Shown: positions 9,799 through 18,710 of the stretch, piece by piece
How the letters are laid out: every line of letters starts with the position of its first letter
Position numbering within the stretch: the stretch's first letter is position 1
Source of the DNA: a virus
Taxonomy: Duplodnaviria; Caudoviricetes
Virus record (IMG/VR): IMGVR_UViG_3300036987_000345
Span: 1 to 35,126 of that record
Strand: one strand, 5' to 3'
DNA: 35,126 nt
The notes under the pieces: generated by a model
The model's input: only the letters and a program-made list of their open reading frames with translations
Database searches by the model: none
Told to the model about the DNA's origin: nothing
Program-made: the position numbers and the translations under genes

Positions 9799-10205
9799 TA
9801 AACCTTTCTCTCTTCAGCAACGTGAATGATTCTTGTCTCTGATATTTGCCTCCGATAACGATAAACCAGATGCCACAGGTAAGCTGCTTGTTTTTCGGTG
9901 ATCATCTTCTGGTTTGTTTGCACTCTGCTGTACATATCATCAGCAAAAGTTTTGTGATCATTGTAGAGAGAAGAAACCTTGTAAAGATTCCGGATCCCGT
10001 CAATCTCATCATCGTCCATATCTCGTGGTTCCGGTGGAGCTTCCTCAAGCTGCTTAACTCTTTCATCCTCCACCTCTACAACTTCGTAATGATCAGAAAT
10101 AATTGAGAGCTCACCGCATAGTTTTGTTGCTGCAGTACTGCTGAGCTGCTCGCTTACAAAGTTTCCAGTTTTTGTGTTTTTTACTTTAAACTTTTTGTTC
10201 ATCAT
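9795..10205 (-). CDS. Hypothetical phage protein
   Basis: 136-aa ORF overlapping both neighbours by 4 bp. Confidence 0.75.
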   Translation of the reverse strand: MMNKKFKVKNTKTGNFVSEQLSSTAATKLCGELSIISDHYEVVEVEDERVKQLEEAPPEPRDMDDDEIDGIRNLYKVSSLYNDHKTFADDMYSRVQTNQKMITEKQAAYLWHLVYRYRRQISETRIIHVAEERKVY

Positions 10206-10564
10206 TGGAATAAATCTCCCACTGCTTTTTTGTTTTTTCTTCTTCTCTTTTTTTCCGGTACATCATATCGGAGATGACAACGCTGGCAGAGTGCTGCAAG
10301 TCTATCAAGTTTTACTTCGTGGTTTTCTTCATCGTGATCCAGGTGGGCAACTGTAAGAACTATTTGAATTATTTTATCTCCATCAAGATCACCTGCTTCG
10401 AGCTCAATCAATGATTGGTATTTGTCAAAAGTCCCATCTGCTCGACGTACTCCAATTGCGTGGTTCTCAACTCCACAGAACTCACACTTGTTATTCGCAC
10501 GCTCCAGAACGGCAGCTCTGAGCTCTTTCCAGTTCTTAGGATATTTTTTGTAGTCGATCGGCAT
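10202..10564 (-). CDS. HNH-family zinc-finger endonuclease
   Basis: YPKNW..LR..VLERA..KCEFCG ... VLTVAHLDHD..N ... LAALCQRCHLRYD. Confidence 0.85.
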   Translation of the reverse strand: MPIDYKKYPKNWKELRAAVLERANNKCEFCGVENHAIGVRRADGTFDKYQSLIELEAGDLDGDKIIQIVLTVAHLDHDEENHEVKLDRLAALCQRCHLRYDVPEKKRRRKNKKAVGDLFQ

Positions 10565-10591
10565 ATAAATTTCTCGTTATAAAATATTTTG

Positions 10592-10924
10592 CTATTTTTG
10601 TCCTGTCGCTGGCAGAAAGTTCTCCCCCAAGCTTTTTGTTAGGACACGCCCTGCAGCTTCGGTTGCAGGGTTTTTTATTTTTCCAACTGGTTTTAAGATA
10701 ATTGTCAAATCTGGTCTCACCCTTTGAACTTTGAAAAGCACAACACCGATTGAAACTCGTTGCCCTTCCTTGAGCTGGTGCACATCTAATAGCGTTTTCT
10801 CTTCAACTTTATTCTCTAAAGTTTTCTGAATGATTGATGGCTCAGAATCTTCTTGCTGAGTTCCAATAAGTCCAATTTTTTGATTTTTATCTAACATTGT
10901 TTTTCTCCGTGCACTTTTGTGCAA
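10592..10924 (-). CDS. Hypothetical phage protein
   Basis: Operon-consistent ORF; the start could be the internal Met of MLDKNQ. Confidence 0.6.
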   Translation of the reverse strand: MHKSARRKTMLDKNQKIGLIGTQQEDSEPSIIQKTLENKVEEKTLLDVHQLKEGQRVSIGVVLFKVQRVRPDLTIILKPVGKIKNPATEAAGRVLTKSLGENFLPATGQK

Positions 10925-11863
10925 TTAATTTATTTGAAATTTATTTGCTATCTGTTCAATAGTGCTATTAACAACGTGAGCACTTTCTTTCTTTTCATTC
11001 TCCTTTTCAATTTTATTCCGTTCCTCACGTGCAATAATCAGAGCATCGTCAATCCGTCCTTTCAAACGAGAATAAAGATATTTCAGGTTGCGTTTCTCTG
11101 CAGAATAGGAGTGATACTCATTGAAAGTGTCAAAAAGGTATTTGAAAGCTGTTTGTTTTTTTACGTATTTAGTTCCCATAACCACATTTACAAATGAAGA
11201 GATTTCTTCTTTCTTAGGATTCTGAATGTAGCAGAATGAAGTAAGCATTTTCTTAACAGATTTTGTAACGAGTTCTTTGTTCTCAAAGTCTTCTGGTTGG
11301 AATTCCATTTCTTCCGTTAGAGGAGGTAAGGGTAAATCATCGTTAGGGAGTTGGAGGTTAGTTTCTGTTAACTCATTTCCCTTTACATTTAACTTTCCCT
11401 TTACATTTACATTTACTTCTAACTTTGTGGCATTAATGCGAACATTAACGGGATTAATGTCAACATTAATGAGGTTATTGTATGCAGAAACATCAATTAA
11501 GAGGTGAGCTTCATAAACTTGAACAACTTTTTTTCGTTTTGCTGCTTCAAAAAATCTTTTCTGAATTGCCTTAGAGGTAAGGATCCCGGATTCAAACAGA
11601 CTCCTATCAAAAATTCCACGCTGCACGGCAGAATTAATGCATTCAATAATAAGGTTAATGTCAACATTAATCCGCTTTTTTGTTAACAATAATAGATCAT
11701 CATTGTACTCAATAAAGTAGCTATTTTTATAAATCAGCTGCCACAAAGTAACCAGCACGGCCAACCCGGTGGACTCTTTTTCTGCTATAAACATTTCAAT
11801 TTTATTATCCCACTCGCAGTCCAGTGGAAAATAATCAATCCCGCTTTTTGTTGGGCGCGCCAT
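10925..11863 (-). CDS. Phage replication initiator (DUF4373 / Lin1244-like N-terminus)
   Basis: MARPTKSGIDYFPLD...GILTSKAIQKRF; low-complexity central linker carrying DNA repeats. Confidence 0.8.
   Translation of the reverse strand: MARPTKSGIDYFPLDCEWDNKIEMFIAEKESTGLAVLVTLWQLIYKNSYFIEYNDDLLLLTKKRINVDINLIIECINSAVQRGIFDRSLFESGILTSKAIQKRFFEAAKRKKVVQVYEAHLLIDVSAYNNLINVDINPVNVRINATKLEVNVNVKGKLNVKGNELTETNLQLPNDDLPLPPLTEEMEFQPEDFENKELVTKSVKKMLTSFCYIQNPKKEEISSFVNVVMGTKYVKKQTAFKYLFDTFNEYHSYSAEKRNLKYLYSRLKGRIDDALIIAREERNKIEKENEKKESAHVVNSTIEQIANKFQIN
11377..11671. repeat. Putative replication-origin iterons within the initiator gene
   Basis: 17-bp TTAATGTCAACATTAAT at 11454-11470 and 11655-11671 (itself an inverted repeat); degenerate copy ATTAATGCGAACATTAAC at 11432-11449; TTTACA(T) repeats at about 11381-11416. 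Confidence 0.55.
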
Positions 11864-11865
11864 TA

Positions 11866-13479
11866 CTACCTCAGTTTAGTCTGGTAAAATTGTAGTCGTT
11901 TATTAAGTTCCTCGATCGTTTCCAGGTTCATTTCTTTCCCGCCTTGCTCCCGCCAAATCTTGTGTAATGCTTTGAAGTCTGGACGAATGTTTCTGTTTCC
12001 GTTAGTTTGTTTGATTGCGTAACGTTTTGCAAGTAAATTGATAGAATCTCTTAAGCGTTCCTTCTGCAAATAAACCGGATCGTTCATATTGGGAGCACGT
12101 CTTGTGTCTACACTATGCTTTGCTCCCGATGATAGTTCAACATTCACAGCAATTGTTTTACTATCCCCGGCTTCGCTCCCTAACATTGTAAATTTACCTG
12201 TTAATGCAGGTGTGTACTCATTCCCGAAAAGATCAGTATTACTCAAACCGTCGCTTGCTCCCGCTTTTCTGTCCGCATCATCAAGAGCATGATCACGTTC
12301 AAGCTGTATGGTTTCTGCAAGTTTTACAATGTCCTTATCCTGTGGAATAAAGACAAATGCATCTTGCGATTGTAGGCTCTTTAGGACACGCACAAACCGT
12401 CCAACAGCCTGTCTGAAGTAAAGCTCCGCCTTAATGATTGTAAAGTAAACACCCACACGCAGTCGCGGAATATCAACGCCTTCCGAGACCATTCGAACAG
12501 AGACTAACCAGCGTCCGTTTCCGTTTTTAAAAGCTTGTATCTTTTCAGATCCATCGTCATCACTGCTAATTACAACAGGTGGTAATTCTCCAGTCATTTC
12601 TTTTATTACATTGGCCAGTTCTTTAGCGTGTCGCTGAGTTGCAGCAAAAACTAATCCTGCAGCATTATGATGAGTTCGTCTGATTTCAGTTAACTTCAAA
12701 TCAGCATCTCTTAAAACATCCTTTACCCAGTTTCCTTTGGGATCGAGAGCTGTCTTTAATCGTTTGCTCACCTGGTCCGGTGCAAGCGAATCTTTGAACG
12801 TGTGTTCAAATTCCGTGGCTCCGACTTTCCATTTCATCTGCCCTTCGTGGATGGTAAAGTAAACCGGACGACAAACATTTTCTCTTATTGCACGTTCGTA
12901 ACTGTAAGTGTAATCAGCAACAGAAACTTTATTCTCATAAGTGATGAAAGGAATTTGTGCATCGTCCGATCGGAAAGCTGTTCCTGAAATTGCTAATCTG
13001 AAAACAGCATTTTCAAAAGAATCCTTTACAGCATTTCCCCATGATAAACTTTCACCAGTGTGATGAACTTCATCAAAGATGACAAATGTTTTTTTATTAA
13101 AAGTATTCTGAGCGTGAACTGATTTTTTATCCTGGCCGAGGAGTGCATAAGTAATTGCAACACCGTGAAAGTCGCTTACCTCAATGCCCTGATTGTTCGA
13201 GAAGTCAGGATCTAAATCAATCCCTGCAAACTCAGCCGCTTCCCAGCTCCATTGTCTTTTAAGTTGATCTGAAGGAGTAACCACAACAACACGCTCACAG
13301 TAACGCTCTTTAAGAAAGTAGTGAGCCACGCACAAAGCAAACTTTGTTTTACCGGCACCGGGAGTGGCAACGCAAAGAAAATCTTTTTTCCCTTGTACTG
13401 CTGCAGCAACTACATTTCTGAAAGCTTCATTCTGCCATTCACGTAAATCAAAAGCTTTGTTAGTTATTTCTCGTTTCAT
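11866..13479 (-). CDS. Superfamily II (DEAD/DEAH-like, ResIII-type) helicase
   Basis: LREWQ, ATPGAGKT, IFDEVHH, SGT, VSEGVDIP, QAVGRFVR. Confidence 0.92.
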   Translation of the reverse strand: MKREITNKAFDLREWQNEAFRNVVAAAVQGKKDFLCVATPGAGKTKFALCVAHYFLKERYCERVVVVTPSDQLKRQWSWEAAEFAGIDLDPDFSNNQGIEVSDFHGVAITYALLGQDKKSVHAQNTFNKKTFVIFDEVHHTGESLSWGNAVKDSFENAVFRLAISGTAFRSDDAQIPFITYENKVSVADYTYSYERAIRENVCRPVYFTIHEGQMKWKVGATEFEHTFKDSLAPDQVSKRLKTALDPKGNWVKDVLRDADLKLTEIRRTHHNAAGLVFAATQRHAKELANVIKEMTGELPPVVISSDDDGSEKIQAFKNGNGRWLVSVRMVSEGVDIPRLRVGVYFTIIKAELYFRQAVGRFVRVLKSLQSQDAFVFIPQDKDIVKLAETIQLERDHALDDADRKAGASDGLSNTDLFGNEYTPALTGKFTMLGSEAGDSKTIAVNVELSSGAKHSVDTRRAPNMNDPVYLQKERLRDSINLLAKRYAIKQTNGNRNIRPDFKALHKIWREQGGKEMNLETIEELNKRLQFYQTKLR

Positions 13480-13506
13480 AGTTCCATTATTTCTGTTTTA
13501 ATAATT

Positions 13507-13592
13507 CCAGTGCGAGCACCTTAAAAACCCGCACTGGTTGTTTCGAGCATCGGTCTATCCTCTGGTTTCCTTTCTGGAAATCGGGCGATGCT
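13507..13592 (-). other. Two adjacent stem-loops between the SymE-like gene and the helicase
   Basis: CCAGTGCG/CGCACTGG at 13507-13537 (extends to 10 bp with a G-U pair on minus) and AGCATCG/CGATGCT at 13546-13592 with an inner TTTCC/GGAAA stem. Confidence 0.5.
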
Positions 13593-13597
13593 GAAAA

Positions 13598-13778
13598 TCA
13601 TTGAGTATCGTTTTTTGTAAGAACAATTTTGTTTTCTACTATCTCAGCTACGAATAAACTTCCAATCCCAAATCCAGCATCCGTAAGCCACTCACCCTGC
13701 AATCTTATATATGGCTTCGGTTCTGAGTTTTGTCTTACTATATAGCTCACGACTCGACTGGGATTTTTTTTTACTCAT
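13598..13778 (-). pseudogene. symE: SymE-family (AbrB-fold) toxin-like gene whose ATG is out of frame by one base at an A9 run
   Basis: Body reads VSYIVRQNSEPKPYIRLQGEWLTDAGFGIGSLFVAEIVENKIVLTKNDTQ* (stop 13600-13598). AAGGA-preceded ATG at 13778 is followed by AGT and nine A; eight A would put it in frame. An in-frame GTG exists at 13750. Confidence 0.7.
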
Positions 13779-13821
13779 TGAGTTAATCCTTAAAAAATTG
13801 TTAATTGATAAAATTTAGATT

Positions 13822-14118
13822 TCATATTGCCTCATAAACCGTAACTTCTCTGTTTGTCAGATTATCAATTACAGCTCCGGTTATCTTTACTTTGTTTTCT
13901 CTCTGCAAAACAAGAAGCCTGTCCGGTATTAAGTGACGTGCAATGCCGGTATCTTCAGAGATTTCCCGCTGAGTTGCTGGTCCCATTTCTTTAAGCATCT
14001 GATAAATTCTTTCCTTCTGAGATACGCGCTTTGTCTGTGTATCCTCAGAGTAGAACGAATCAATCTTATTTGCCATTGGAATGTTTGCTGGTTGATCAAA
14101 TAATGTTGGCTGTGTCAT
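13822..14118 (-). CDS. Winged-HTH DNA-binding protein
   Basis: KERIYQMLKEMGPATQREISEDTGIARHLIPDRLLVLQRENKV. Confidence 0.75.
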   Translation of the reverse strand: MTQPTLFDQPANIPMANKIDSFYSEDTQTKRVSQKERIYQMLKEMGPATQREISEDTGIARHLIPDRLLVLQRENKVKITGAVIDNLTNREVTVYEAI

Positions 14119-16466
14119 CAGTTTACCACCTCCAGAATTCCGTCTCTAAGTTTTACTTGTTGTGGAATGAAGTCCAGAAGCTCCGGACGATGTGTAATTA
14201 TAAACGTGTTATGAACTCCACTCATTTGATGTGCCTTGCGAAGCATCTCGATGTAACTGTAAGCATTGTCAAGATCCAGAGCTCCGTCTTTCTCATCAAG
14301 AAAAGCTGTTTGAATATTTCTGCCCTGGTTGCGAACGACTAAGCTTATTGCAAGTTGAATAGCTGTTTCTAACCAAACTTGCTGACCACCGGATTTATTC
14401 GAGATCTCGCAAACTCCATCCTCTTCAACTATGTTGATGTCGAATGATTCCTTGTAACTTTTCTTATCAGCTTTAAGCTTGGTCGTTTCAAAAACTATTC
14501 TGAATTTATTTTCGAAGATGCTCAGCAGATCGTTTGCCACGGATGTAATTTCAATACCGGAGTTTTCAAGCTTCAGCACCGGGATTCCTGTTTTATCAAA
14601 TGCCTTAACTAAGAAGTTCCAGTCCTTAATCTCGCTCTCAACCTTGCTTTTACTTTCATTCAGCTTTGTAATTCGCTCTTCATTTTTAGTCATTGTCTCG
14701 ATAAGCTGTTCAAGCTTTGCAACATCCTGTTTGGCTTCATCGATGCGAGCGCGTGAAGACTGCAGCTGCTGATTGAGTCCGGTTAGTTTTTGCTTATGGA
14801 TTAATAGATCCGCATTCAATTCCTCAATACGCACCAAAACTATTTTATCGTACTTGTGGTTTAAATCTTCAACCTGTTTTTTTAACGATGCAAGATTTTG
14901 CTCAAAGGAAAGTTTTGTCTCAGCAATAAGTTTCTCGTGTCCGGAAATTGATTGTTCACAAAGCTTAATCTGATTATCGGCTTCTTTGAGTTCGTCGAGT
15001 AACTTTTCATAATTGTGCTGATTAAGTTTTGCAATGCCGTCTTCAATCATTTTTATTTTTGCTTTTAAAGGCACGATTGATTTGTTATAGCTGTCCTCGT
15101 TTTTTTGGAGATACTCATCTGCTGCCTTTTTTTGTTCGTTAAGTATCTTCTCAAAACCTTCTTTGCCAGCCGTAACACTTTTCAATTCATTTAGCAGTCT
15201 ATTGTCTTCAGTTTTGAAAAAATCCAAATTCTTTTTAGCAGCATAAGCGTTACTTAAAAACTGACAGGACTTTCCGGTTGATTCATTACAAGGGACTTTA
15301 TCAATTAATCCGATATTGGTAACGGAATCCTCTATCGATTTATGAAGATTAGAAAGATTCCCTTGAACCACAGCATATTGAGTATTTGCTTGAGATAAGT
15401 TTTTCTCAATACTTCCCAACCCTTTAATCATAACAGAATATTCTTTTTGAAAATCTGCATAACCTTTGTCAAGAGCCGAGACCTGATTTTTTAATTCATC
15501 AAGTTTTATCTGATGTTGTTTCTTATCCTCAAGTGCCTTCTCAATCTTCTCTTTAGCTTCAGGAGTGGAAAGTTTCTTATATCGTTCAAGAAGTTTTTTC
15601 TGATCCTCAATATCACCCTGGTAACGAGCGATCTTATTATTGTTAAGTTCAGTGGTGGACCATATCTGCTTTTCAATTTCCTTAAGCTCTTTTTGGATCT
15701 GTTCGTTACCCAGAATTTTTTGATGTGCAATTTGAATCTTAACTTCAGTCTCGCGGATAACCTCGTTTGCACCTTCAATGGATGATTCAAGATCGCTTAT
15801 TTCAGTAATAAGCTGAGCCTGATAATTAAGTTTATCCTTGCGTTGTTCCTCAAGAATATCGATTGAAGTTTGATCCTGCTGAAGTGCTTTTATTTCGCCC
15901 TCAATCTCAGCTAGTTTATTTTCCTTTAGCTTAAGCTGGTTCTTTGCATTCTCCAGATAAACTTCGTAACTGTTAAGATTAAGCAACTCATAAAATAGTT
16001 TACGTCTATCGGCTGGCTTTAGTTCGCTTATTCCCTTACTCTTCTGACCTGAAAAGACACTGTTAAAAAATAGTTCCTGAGTTCCTAAAACCTTTTCGAT
16101 TTCAATATCGAAAGTTGTTAATTTCCCATCATTGAGAGGTATGTCATTGCATATAAGATAAGCTTCACTTCCACCAGTCAAAGCATCAATTAATATTTTT
16201 GCTTCATAAACTTTATCATCCTGTTCAAATTTCAAAATGCGATGACTATCCTTAAGGAAAAAATGAGAAGTGAGAGATCCTTCTCGGCTAACCAAACAAC
16301 GATAAGGATGCAATTGTTCGAGAATACTTGTCTTTCCACTCCCATTGCGTCCTGTTATAGCCACTAATCCAGACGCAAACTGAGTAAAATCAATTTCTAT
16401 TTGGTCTAATCCGAGTCCTTTTTTAACTCCAATACTTCCCCTCAGTTTTAAGTTTAAAAGTTTCAT
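14118..16466 (-). CDS. sbcC: SbcC/Rad50-like SMC ATPase
   Basis: Walker A GRNGSGKT, Q-loop SGQ, long coiled coil with a central Cys pair, signature KSGGQ, Walker B/D-loop FLDEKDGALD, IITH. Confidence 0.9.
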   Translation of the reverse strand: MKLLNLKLRGSIGVKKGLGLDQIEIDFTQFASGLVAITGRNGSGKTSILEQLHPYRCLVSREGSLTSHFFLKDSHRILKFEQDDKVYEAKILIDALTGGSEAYLICNDIPLNDGKLTTFDIEIEKVLGTQELFFNSVFSGQKSKGISELKPADRRKLFYELLNLNSYEVYLENAKNQLKLKENKLAEIEGEIKALQQDQTSIDILEEQRKDKLNYQAQLITEISDLESSIEGANEVIRETEVKIQIAHQKILGNEQIQKELKEIEKQIWSTTELNNNKIARYQGDIEDQKKLLERYKKLSTPEAKEKIEKALEDKKQHQIKLDELKNQVSALDKGYADFQKEYSVMIKGLGSIEKNLSQANTQYAVVQGNLSNLHKSIEDSVTNIGLIDKVPCNESTGKSCQFLSNAYAAKKNLDFFKTEDNRLLNELKSVTAGKEGFEKILNEQKKAADEYLQKNEDSYNKSIVPLKAKIKMIEDGIAKLNQHNYEKLLDELKEADNQIKLCEQSISGHEKLIAETKLSFEQNLASLKKQVEDLNHKYDKIVLVRIEELNADLLIHKQKLTGLNQQLQSSRARIDEAKQDVAKLEQLIETMTKNEERITKLNESKSKVESEIKDWNFLVKAFDKTGIPVLKLENSGIEITSVANDLLSIFENKFRIVFETTKLKADKKSYKESFDINIVEEDGVCEISNKSGGQQVWLETAIQLAISLVVRNQGRNIQTAFLDEKDGALDLDNAYSYIEMLRKAHQMSGVHNTFIITHRPELLDFIPQQVKLRDGILEVVN

Positions 16467-16975
16467 ATTGCCTTCTTTCTTTTATTTAATTGCTGCTCTG
16501 CGTTTGTAGCCCATCTGCAATTGTTAGGTTCGTAATTTCCATCATTATCAATTCTGTCAATTGTTAATCCAGCAGAGTAGCCGTTTGCTGTAGCCCAATC
16601 ATAAAAAACCTTAAAGTCATTCAGCCATTCATCACAAATTTTTATTCCTCTTCCGCCCCAATCAGAATATCTATCATATTTTTTATTATAACATCGTTGC
16701 CTCATATTTTTCCAAACAATATAAAGGGGATGTTTATATAGACCATGGGTAGTACGTATCTGTATGTTGTTTCTTTTTATTAAACATCCACAAGAACTGG
16801 TAAGACCTGCTTTAACACTAGTGATCCAAGTTTCGAACTCATTGCCACAACTACATTCAAAGATTGCCTTCCGAAATTTTTTTCCATTTGGAGTGGTGTG
16901 TATTTGAGTCTCTCTTAAAAAAATTAAACCATTTATAATCTGGTTTGGCTGGTATTCTATTTTAACTGAGAACAT
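16463..16975 (-). CDS. Free-standing HNH homing endonuclease
   Basis: CSCGN..SCGC, HG, W.NM.QRC.N, GGRGIKIC.EW, TIDRIDNDGNYEPNNCRWAT..EQ..N. Confidence 0.85.
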   Translation of the reverse strand: MFSVKIEYQPNQIINGLIFLRETQIHTTPNGKKFRKAIFECSCGNEFETWITSVKAGLTSSCGCLIKRNNIQIRTTHGLYKHPLYIVWKNMRQRCYNKKYDRYSDWGGRGIKICDEWLNDFKVFYDWATANGYSAGLTIDRIDNDGNYEPNNCRWATNAEQQLNKRKKAI

Positions 16976-18192
16976 GTATCCTCCAGAATTCCAGCAACCT
17001 TGGTTGTAACGCCGTTATCTATTTTGTGATCAATTACTTTTGCATACTCAATAACTTCGTCGATTAAGTTTCTGCTAGACATTATATTCTCAGATCGTGC
17101 CGTTCGCTCAACCGGAACAATGCTAAATTCAATCTTAATGCCCTCACCAAAGTTGTTTTTAAGGGTCTGAATTTTATCTTCGGTAATCAGATTGCGTTCA
17201 TTCTCTTTTACATTGCAACGAAATCGAACCTCAAAGCTTTCTTTAGTCCCAGAACTTAACCCCTTAATATCATTGAGCATTACAAAAGAACCGTTTACAA
17301 ATTCGGCTTCAACAGTTACCATCGGCCGTGCTGAGGTCAGCATAACTTGATTAAGCACTAAACCGAATTCATCGTCTGAGACACCATAGGTATAGTCAAC
17401 TTCAATCACTTCAAAACTTTTCTGTTCAGTCTCACCCCAGCTTTTGTTGTAAATACTTCCAGAGTAACCCATATTGTCTTTAAAAAATTGCCTTAAGTGA
17501 ATGTGTCCGAGTGCGTAATAATCGTGAAGTGCTCGTTCCAGGGTGGAAGGTGCGACCATAATATCCTGAGAAACTAAAGTCTGTCCGGTGCTTAAACGTG
17601 AGCCCTGTACGTTGCCGTGAAATGCAAGAAGTTTAGGACAATTATAATTGAGAGTTACATTTCCAATATGCTCAAATACCTGCTCAAACTTTTCTAAGAA
17701 GTTTGCGTTATTATTATCGATACTGTCTTCAATAAGCAAAGATGCCTTAGTTGGATATGGCACGAGAGTAACGATGTAATCTGTAACGTCAATTCCTAAC
17801 TTATCTTGTCTTAATAAATCTATAACTCCAAAGCCTCGATCTTCAGGGACGTGCAGAACAACCGGATATTCATAAGCATAAACATTCGGTTCTATCTGAT
17901 GTAATAAATTAATTGAGCCGGGTTCATCGTGGGAATTATTTCCTTTTGTTATGAAAATAAAATCAACAAGCTTTGCAAGCTGATGTAAATACTTAAGCAC
18001 AATCGGAACACCGGAGTTTAATTGATATTTCTGTCCGCGTTCCCAAACATCCCCGGCGTGAATAATTGCGTTTACTTTTACGTTACTGCAATACTCAACC
18101 ATCTGCTTTAACGAGGCTTCAAGTTTCGCTTGTTTCTTAGGATCGCTGTCTGCATGCCAGTCCGCCGAATGCAAAAATCTTAATGACTTCAT
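16957..18192 (-). CDS. sbcD: SbcD/Mre11-like metallophosphoesterase nuclease
   Basis: HSADWH, HAGDVW, GNNSHD, AFHG, ALGHIH, YSGS; upstream of the SbcC gene. Confidence 0.88.
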   Translation of the reverse strand: MKSLRFLHSADWHADSDPKKQAKLEASLKQMVEYCSNVKVNAIIHAGDVWERGQKYQLNSGVPIVLKYLHQLAKLVDFIFITKGNNSHDEPGSINLLHQIEPNVYAYEYPVVLHVPEDRGFGVIDLLRQDKLGIDVTDYIVTLVPYPTKASLLIEDSIDNNNANFLEKFEQVFEHIGNVTLNYNCPKLLAFHGNVQGSRLSTGQTLVSQDIMVAPSTLERALHDYYALGHIHLRQFFKDNMGYSGSIYNKSWGETEQKSFEVIEVDYTYGVSDDEFGLVLNQVMLTSARPMVTVEAEFVNGSFVMLNDIKGLSSGTKESFEVRFRCNVKENERNLITEDKIQTLKNNFGEGIKIEFSIVPVERTARSENIMSSRNLIDEVIEYAKVIDHKIDNGVTTKVAGILEDTCSQLK

Positions 18193-18710
18193 GATGCTCT
18201 CCTTCTTCTATTATTGGCTTGTTCTTTTGGAGTAGACCACCTGCAATTATTTGATTCATAATTTTCATCATTATTTATTCGGTCAATACTTAATTCATCT
18301 GAATAACCGTTATTCATAGCCCAATCATAAAAAGCCTTAAAATCATTCAACCATTGATCACATACTTTTATTCCACGCCCACCATAATTTTTATAATTCC
18401 AAGTCTTAGGATTATAACAGCGAGTTTTCATATTATGCCAAACGGTATATAAAGGATGATGTTTTAAACCATGCGTAGTGCTTCTTTTTATTGTATTCTC
18501 AAGGCTCAAACAACCACAACTTTTAGTAAATCCGTTTATTATCAATCCTCTTTCAACTCTTTTTTCATTACCACAAGCGCATTTACAAAGAAATATTCTT
18601 TTTTTTGTGCCACAAGGAGTTATATGAGGTTCAACTTCTTTTATGACAGTTAAGCGATTAAACGTTTTGTTGGTTATATCTGGTAACGGAGTTTTATTAT
18701 AAGTTGTCAT
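18189..18710 (-). CDS. Free-standing HNH homing endonuclease, paralog of 16463..16975
   Basis: FNRLTVI, CKCACGN, SCGC, GGRGIKVC.QW, SIDRINNDENYESNNCRWST..EQANN. Confidence 0.87.
   Translation of the reverse strand: MTTYNKTPLPDITNKTFNRLTVIKEVEPHITPCGTKKRIFLCKCACGNEKRVERGLIINGFTKSCGCLSLENTIKRSTTHGLKHHPLYTVWHNMKTRCYNPKTWNYKNYGGRGIKVCDQWLNDFKAFYDWAMNNGYSDELSIDRINNDENYESNNCRWSTPKEQANNRRRRAS

Noticed and set aside
7716-13479. Type III or other restriction-modification system from the MTase plus ResIII-like helicase
   Set aside because: The genes are 2.6 kb apart in different modules and the helicase has no evident nuclease domain.
13540-13605. Hammerhead ribozyme (CGAAAC next to a stem)
   Set aside because: No CUGANGA core in the required position on either strand.
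16463-18710. Group I introns or inteins housing the HNH genes
   Set aside because: The HNH ORFs overlap intact flanking genes, leaving no room for intron core structure, and no intein motifs were seen.
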